A model generated the notes under the pieces. The model saw only the letters and a list, made by a program, of their open reading frames with translations, was not told where the DNA came from and did no database searches. From Clostridiales bacterium (GTDB lineage: Bacteria > Bacillota > Clostridia > Monoglobales > WRBX01): a DNA stretch of 44,212 nucleotides. The stretch lies in the NCBI GenBank assembly GCA_031263785.1, contig JAISFC010000010.1:1-44212 (forward strand). The letters are read 5' to 3'. The position numbers were made by a program, and so were the translations under genes. Shown piece by piece: positions 38,958 to 44,212 of the stretch; within the stretch, counting starts at the first letter, position 1; every line of letters starts with the position of its first letter.

Positions 38958-40112
38958 ATGAAAAGATTTATAAGTTTATGCTTAGCGTCCGTAATGTGTT
39001 TGTCGGTGCTATCCGCGTCGGCGGAGCCACCAATCACGGTTTTGCTCGACGGCAACATAATTGAATTTGACCAGCCGCCGATTATCGAAAACGACAGAAC
39101 GCTTGTGCCGGTGCGCAAAATCTTTGAAGCAATGGGCGCAACCGTCGACTGGAACGACGAAACAAACACTGCCACGGGGACAAAAGGATATATTATCATT
39201 GTAATGCAGATAGGCAATAACATAATCACGAAAAACGGTCAGCAGATTGAGCTTGACGTTCCGCCGCAAATTGTCAACGACCGAACGCTCGTACCCGTCC
39301 GCGCCGTTGCCGAAGGTCTTAATTGCACGGTCGGCTGGGACGATAATCTACAGCAGGTATCCATAGCCACCGAAACCACCTATGACAACATCCCGCCGTC
39401 TTCCTATAAACCGACATATAAAGACGTTTATGAGCGCGGATATGATTTGGGATACAGCCGTGGCGAGGCGGCAGGCAAGAAAAACGCAAGCTTCGACGAC
39501 TACGATAAAATGGCTCTGGCAATGGGTCAAGAAGGTCTCAGTAACGAGGCGGAAAAAGATTTTAACGAAGGCTTTGCAAGCGGATGGAAGCTTGGTTATG
39601 AGACCGGGTTTAAAGAGTGGGAGGCATCCAAGGCAAATCCGGACCCTTCGCTATCCAACCCTATAGAACAGATTTTCAACCTGCCCGACCTACCACTGAC
39701 TGTGCGCGACCGGGACAACGGCTTGGAAATTCAAATCAACGAAATTGTCGTTAAGCGAGGCGTGGACCGCGATAATAAATCGAATGATAAAATGACCACC
39801 ATAAAGCTATCGTGCGAAATTTTGCGAATTTACAACCTTACGATTAAAGCGCCTAATATTGAAGTGTCCATTTCCAGACATGGCGACGGTGAGCCTCCAA
39901 AGGGATTCGGCAGTTCCTTGGTTTTTACCGGCACGGATTATGCCAACGGCTTGGGCATTTTTGACGGCAATCAAGCAAAAAAACAAGTGGGCGACACCTT
40001 TGAGGCAAACGTCGTTTTTCCTACCGGCTTCCCGAATGTTTCCGACACCAATCAGCCTTATATAAACGAAGTGGACGTATATATGGAGCGTAATCACACG
40101 TTGTTAAGGTAA
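38958..40112 (+). CDS. Copper amine oxidase N-terminal (stalk) domain protein, paralog 1
   Basis: Signal peptide, PIIENDRTLVPVR, GATVDW and PQIVNDRTLVPVRAVAE motifs, with a variable C-terminus. Confidence 0.9.
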   Translation: MKRFISLCLASVMCLSVLSASAEPPITVLLDGNIIEFDQPPIIENDRTLVPVRKIFEAMGATVDWNDETNTATGTKGYIIIVMQIGNNIITKNGQQIELDVPPQIVNDRTLVPVRAVAEGLNCTVGWDDNLQQVSIATETTYDNIPPSSYKPTYKDVYERGYDLGYSRGEAAGKKNASFDDYDKMALAMGQEGLSNEAEKDFNEGFASGWKLGYETGFKEWEASKANPDPSLSNPIEQIFNLPDLPLTVRDRDNGLEIQINEIVVKRGVDRDNKSNDKMTTIKLSCEILRIYNLTIKAPNIEVSISRHGDGEPPKGFGSSLVFTGTDYANGLGIFDGNQAKKQVGDTFEANVVFPTGFPNVSDTNQPYINEVDVYMERNHTLLR

Positions 40113-40175
40113 TCTCCCTGCGACGGTATTATGTGATATATTAACTATGAGTTCGAACATGGAGGGAACAAAATT

Positions 40176-41306
40176 ATGAAAAGATTTATAAGTTTATGCT
40201 TGGCGTCTGTGATGTGTTTGTCGGTGATATCCGTGTCAGCGGAGCCACCAATCACGGTTTTGCTCGACGGCAATCTAATTGAGTTTGACCAGCCGCCGAT
40301 TATCGAAAATGACAGAACGCTTGTGCCCGTGCGGAAAATATTTGAGGCAATGGGCGCAACCGTCGACTGGAACGAAGAAACAAACACTGCCACGGGGACA
40401 AAAGGCTATATTATCATTGTGATGCAGATAGGCAACAACATAATCACGAAAAATGGTCAGCAGATTGAGCTTGACGTTCCGCCGCAAATTGTCAACGACC
40501 GAACGCTCGTGCCCGTCCGCGCCGTTGCGGAAGGTCTTAACTGCACCGTCGGCTGGGACGATGATTCGCAGCAGGTATCCATCACTACCGCGCCCACTGA
40601 TAACGGTCTTCCTACATTCCCTTACACCCCAACATACAACGACGTTTATGAGCGCGGATATGATTTGGGGTACAGCCGCGGAGAGGCATCCGGCAAGAAA
40701 AATGGGAGTTTTGACGAATATGATAAAGCTTATCTGGCGATGGGCAACGAAGGTCTCAACGACGAGGCAAAAAAGAATTTCAACGAAGGTTTTGCAAACG
40801 GATGGGCGGATGGTTATGAAATTGGCTTGAAAGCGTGGGAGGAAGAACAGTCAAATCCTAAGCCTTCGCCCACCGCCCCAATAGAACAGATTTTTAAACT
40901 GCCCGACCTACCAATGGCTTTGAAATACGAATTCGCTCCATTTGAGATACAAATCAACGAAGTTGTTATTAACAAAGGCGTTGACGGCAATAATCAGCCG
41001 AATCCTAAAAAAACTACCGTAACGCTGTCGTGCGAGATTTTGCAAATTCCCGACCGGTGCCCACAGGTGCCTTCCCTCTACATTAATGTGGCTATGACCG
41101 ACGAACAGGGACGTAGCATCGGCAGCCCCAATGCAAAAATCAGCGCTAAGGATTTGGGCATTTTCTCTAATTATGGCGACGCCAAAAAGCAAGTGGGCGA
41201 CACCTTTGACGTAACCTTTGTTTTGGATTACGGCTTCCCGAATGTCGCTGATACTCGCGGTAATCGTCATATAAATGTTGTGAGATTCGAGTTCCAGGGG
41301 TATTAA
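40176..41306 (+). CDS. Copper amine oxidase N-terminal (stalk) domain protein, paralog 2
   Basis: First ~135 aa nearly identical to paralog 1, with a diverged C-terminus. Confidence 0.9.
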   Translation: MKRFISLCLASVMCLSVISVSAEPPITVLLDGNLIEFDQPPIIENDRTLVPVRKIFEAMGATVDWNEETNTATGTKGYIIIVMQIGNNIITKNGQQIELDVPPQIVNDRTLVPVRAVAEGLNCTVGWDDDSQQVSITTAPTDNGLPTFPYTPTYNDVYERGYDLGYSRGEASGKKNGSFDEYDKAYLAMGNEGLNDEAKKNFNEGFANGWADGYEIGLKAWEEEQSNPKPSPTAPIEQIFKLPDLPMALKYEFAPFEIQINEVVINKGVDGNNQPNPKKTTVTLSCEILQIPDRCPQVPSLYINVAMTDEQGRSIGSPNAKISAKDLGIFSNYGDAKKQVGDTFDVTFVLDYGFPNVADTRGNRHINVVRFEFQGY

Positions 41307-41472
41307 CCGCCCGTTGCCGTCACTTGACGGCGCATATTAGTTGACACAACAAGCATATACAGCGGCTTTGCATGATGAAATAAAAAGAATTGCGTAAGCA
41401 ATTCAACAATACCTGTTCCCTGTTCCCTATAGAGTTAGGGTATCGTTGCGGCGAAATGAATTCGCCTTCACG

Positions 41473-41545
41473 AGCAGCCCCCTTGTTGAAATTTGGGGGT
41501 TGCATTTTTTTTATTTATGTGTTACAATAGTAATTGTGAAGTGAA
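41473..41545 (+). repeat. Duplicated promoter region, copy 2 (upstream of the tRNA)
   Basis: TTGCAT...TACAAT promoter-like sequence, similar to 38867-38938. Confidence 0.8.
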
Positions 41546-41580
41546 CACGAGGCGGATTTTTGTTTTTGTTCCGCTAATTC

Positions 41581-41657
41581 GCGCCTTTAGCTCAGTTGGT
41601 TAGAGCAACCGGCTCATAACCGGTCGGTCCGGGGTTCGAGTCCCTGAAGGCGCACCA
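41581..41657 (+). tRNA. tRNA with CAT anticodon, most likely tRNA-Ile2
   Basis: Cloverleaf with ACCGG-CTCATAA-CCGGT and CCA. The body CCTTTAGCTCAGTTGGTTAGAGC resembles Firmicute Ile2 rather than fMet/Met. Confidence 0.9.
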
Positions 41658-41662
41658 AAAAG

Positions 41663-41790
41663 TGCCTCTTCGAGGCAATGAAAAATGACAAATGATAAAT
41701 TGTGAATGATAAATAAAACCCAAAGTCCACACAATAGGCGCTTTTTGTATTTATCATTCATCATTAACCGAAAGCGAATCATTTTTCATT
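41663..41790. repeat. Post-tRNA element, copy 2, with an inverted right arm
   Basis: 41663-41714 matches 323-374. 41749-41790 (ATTTATCATTCA...TCATTTTTCATT) is an imperfect inverse of the left arm. Confidence 0.8.
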
Positions 41791-41855
41791 TCTCTTCGTC
41801 TTCCGCAAAAAAATAACAGCGATTGCAGTAGAATAAAGTTACAAGAGGGCGAGAC

Positions 41856-42749
41856 ATGAGCAAACAAAAGGTTTCAATTCGATTTTTTGATAACACGGAA
41901 GTACGTGCCATTTGGGATGATGAGCATTCAAAATGGTGGTTTTCGGTTGTTGATATTATTGGAGTTTTAACTGATAGTAAAGACCCGCGAAAATATTGGA
42001 CAGTTTTGAAAACAAGATTAAAAAATTCTGATTTTCAAACGACTACAAATTGTAGTCAGTTCAAATTAACTGCGGAAGATGGCAAAAAGCGTCTTACTGA
42101 TTGTCTTTTGCAGGACGATATTGTTAAACTTGTTGAAGTCGTGCCAAGCAAAAAATCCAAAAAATTCATTGAATGGTTTACTTATAGCGATGAAACTATA
42201 GACGGTAAGAGTAAAACAAAGGCTTATGCGTTGTTTGACAGTTCGCTCATCGACACCATTGAAGTCGGCACAACGAAAGGTTTACAACAAATCCACGGCT
42301 ACTTGTTTGGTGGTTTGTACGACTTTGCGGGTCAAATTCGCACGGTTAATATCGCAAAAGGCGGGTTTAGATTTGCTCCGCTCCAATTTCTAGAAAGAAC
42401 ATTAAACACAATTGAAAATATGCCTGAAACCTCATTTGACGACATAATCGATAAATATGTTGAAATGAATGTTGCTCATCCGTTCCGCGAGGGAAATGGA
42501 CGCTCGTCTAGAATTTGGCTTGATTTGATTTTGAAAAAGAACCTCAAGCGTTGCGTTGATTGGAGCAAAATCGGCAAAAAAGAATATCTAACCGCTATGC
42601 AAGAATCCACGATGGACACAACCAGAATCAAAGGCTTATTGGAAAACGCGCTAACCGATAAAATCAACGACCGCGACGTGTTTATGAAAGGTATCGACTA
42701 TTCTTATTATTATGAGGAAGAAGACGATATCGAGGATACCGGCGAATAA
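41856..42749 (+). CDS. fic: Fic protein adenylyltransferase with an N-terminal Bro-N-like domain
   Basis: Catalytic [12 protein letters not shown], a C-terminal SYYYE autoinhibitory-type motif, and an N-terminus similar to the Bro-N protein at 18323-19195. Confidence 0.9.
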   Translation: MSKQKVSIRFFDNTEVRAIWDDEHSKWWFSVVDIIGVLTDSKDPRKYWTVLKTRLKNSDFQTTTNCSQFKLTAEDGKKRLTDCLLQDDIVKLVEVVPSKKSKKFIEWFTYSDETIDGKSKTKAYALFDSSLIDTIEVGTTKGLQQIHGYLFGGLYDFAGQIRTVNIAKGGFRFAPLQFLERTLNTIENMPETSFDDIIDKYVEMNVAHPFREGNGRSSRIWLDLILKKNLKRCVDWSKIGKKEYLTAMQESTMDTTRIKGLLENALTDKINDRDVFMKGIDYSYYYEEEDDIEDTGE

Positions 42750-42752
42750 TGT

Positions 42753-42965
42753 TTAATCCGTTTTGTATTGCTGCTCGATTTCCAGCAACTCTTCCGTTGA
42801 AAGATTCGCTTGCGGCTTAAAAGGCAACTCGCCGGAATTTACCACTTGCTTGATAAACATATTTATGGCAGAAGAAAACGTGAGCCCCATGCTTCGGAAG
42901 GTAATGTCCGCTTTCTTCTTGAGCGATTTGTCGATTCTAATGCTTGTGTTTACGGTATTAGTCAT
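42753..42965 (-). CDS. RelB/DinJ-family antitoxin (orphan)
   Basis: TSIRIDKSLKKKA...GLTFSSAINMFIKQVV...LPF, with an AGGAG RBS. Confidence 0.85.
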   Translation of the reverse strand: MTNTVNTSIRIDKSLKKKADITFRSMGLTFSSAINMFIKQVVNSGELPFKPQANLSTEELLEIEQQYKTD

Positions 42966-43118
42966 TGCTATCATCTCCTTATACTATCATTATACTACAT
43001 ATAATATGCAATGTCAATACAAAAATCAAACATGGAAAATAAATAAATATATTAGGATTATGGCTTGCAATTTTGCGGCGGATTTGTTATACTTAGCCTA
43101 ATAGGGAGATGATAGGCG

Positions 43119-43934
43119 ATGTTAGCGATTAGCAAGCGAACGCAATTAGCGGCGGAAGTGTCAAAACAAGCGGGCGTACAAATATTAGAGATACAAAAAG
43201 GTGATATGGGAACTCGCTCGAAAGGCGCGAATGATGTCCTCACAATTGCCGATACAACCAGCGAAAAAACCATAACCGACGCTATTTCTTCGGCATTCCC
43301 GAATGATGGAATAATCGCGGAAGAGGGGAGCCGCAAGCAAAGCCAAACAGGATATACATGGGTTATTGACCCGCTGGACGGCACTCTTAATTTTTCACGC
43401 AAAATCCCGCTTTACGCGGTTAGTGTTGGTTATCTAAAAGATGGCAAGCCCAAGGGTGGTGCCATGTTTATTCCGGCTGTTTCCGAGCTGTTTGTTTGCG
43501 AGCGGGGAAATGGCGCGTATTTGAATGGCGGGAAAATAAAAGTTTCAAACAATGAGCTTGCGGATTCTCTCTCAACGGCTGAATTTAATAATCGTTCCGT
43601 TGAATCTCGAAATTGGCTGAACGATATCCACAAAAACCTTATGGAAAACACTATGAACGTCGAAAAACTATTTTCGACGGTAATTTCTTTGTGTTACGTA
43701 GCTTGTGGAAGAACCGAATTGCATTGCGAATTGGAGTGCTTTTTGTGGGACATTATGCCCGCAGGATTGCTCATCGAAGAAGCCGGCGGAAAGTTTACTC
43801 AAATCGACGGAAGCCCTGTGGATTATTCACAGATGCAAAAGCAATGCGTGCTTGGCACGAACGGAATAATTCACGATAGCGCGCTGGACTTGATAAAGCC
43901 AAAACAAGCGCCACTTCGCTCTGCCGAGCAGTAG
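43119..43934 (+). CDS. Inositol monophosphatase family protein (SuhB-like)
   Basis: AEEG, WVIDPLDGTLNF and WD...AG...EEAGG motifs. Confidence 0.92.
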   Translation: MLAISKRTQLAAEVSKQAGVQILEIQKGDMGTRSKGANDVLTIADTTSEKTITDAISSAFPNDGIIAEEGSRKQSQTGYTWVIDPLDGTLNFSRKIPLYAVSVGYLKDGKPKGGAMFIPAVSELFVCERGNGAYLNGGKIKVSNNELADSLSTAEFNNRSVESRNWLNDIHKNLMENTMNVEKLFSTVISLCYVACGRTELHCELECFLWDIMPAGLLIEEAGGKFTQIDGSPVDYSQMQKQCVLGTNGIIHDSALDLIKPKQAPLRSAEQ

Positions 43935-44129
43935 ACAATCCAGCCGCAAGTTTTCCCACGATACTTTGCAAATGAGCGTAACGAATTTGAAAGCACCTAG
44001 ATATTTTTTTCATTCAGATTCGTGAAATCGGCTTCAAATACGGGGATTATCAGATTTATATGATTCGGGAGTCTTTTTTTTATTTTCGATAATCTGTTAT
44101 GATACAATAGAAGGGTAACAAAAAAAGAA

Positions 44130-44212
44130 GACAAAGCGCCTCAAAAATGATATGATGTAAGTAACCAAACAAACACATATCGGAGGGCTTTGTCTATGGA
44201 TATTATAACACA
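44130..44212 (+). mobile_element. Possible left end of an IS with a truncated transposase start (ATG at 44196, MDIIT...)
   Basis: GACAAAGC...GCTTTGTC inverted repeat that sequesters a GGAGG RBS, then an ORF cut by the window end. The leader resembles clostridial IS leaders from memory only. Confidence 0.3.

Noticed and set aside
38958-41306. Diversity-generating retroelement template/variable repeat pair
   Set aside because: There is no reverse transcriptase in the window, the differences are not adenine-specific, and both copies are complete genes.
41600-41782. 60-aa minus-strand ORF
   Set aside because: It is antisense to tRNA-Ile2 and the repeat element.

Overview
A 44-kb chromosomal segment from a spore-forming Clostridia-type Firmicute, judged from spo0A, a ylbJ-like gene, ndoA-type mazF and copper-amine-oxidase-N stalk proteins. 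Core genes are LCP-glmM-glmS, TrmH-dprA-topA-SAM methyltransferase, dnaN-recF, spo0A, an inositol monophosphatase and three tRNAs (Gln-CTG, Arg-CCT, Ile2-CAT). They are interleaved with many small accessory cassettes, several bounded by duplicated intergenic sequence. The most notable element is at 26018-26992, just after recF: a tandem type I toxin-antitoxin array with two ~417-bp units. Each unit has a 36-aa hydrophobic peptide in a fold-back mRNA and a convergent antisense promoter. A third, toxin-less unit makes an RNA that is antisense to the toxins' RBS and 5' coding region, so it may be a trans-acting antitoxin. Other points of interest are a MazE-type antitoxin reduced to 44 aa, two tandem PIN + 54-aa modules with the toxin first, dnaN-recF detached from dnaA/gyrB, a 1992-aa Gly-rich surface protein with a cohesin/dockerin-like tail and an upstream 11-bp-periodic operator, an orphan 852-aa coiled-coil gene with an internal start, and a 52-bp element repeated right behind two different tRNAs. 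All calls come from reading the sequence and recalling motifs; no searches were run.
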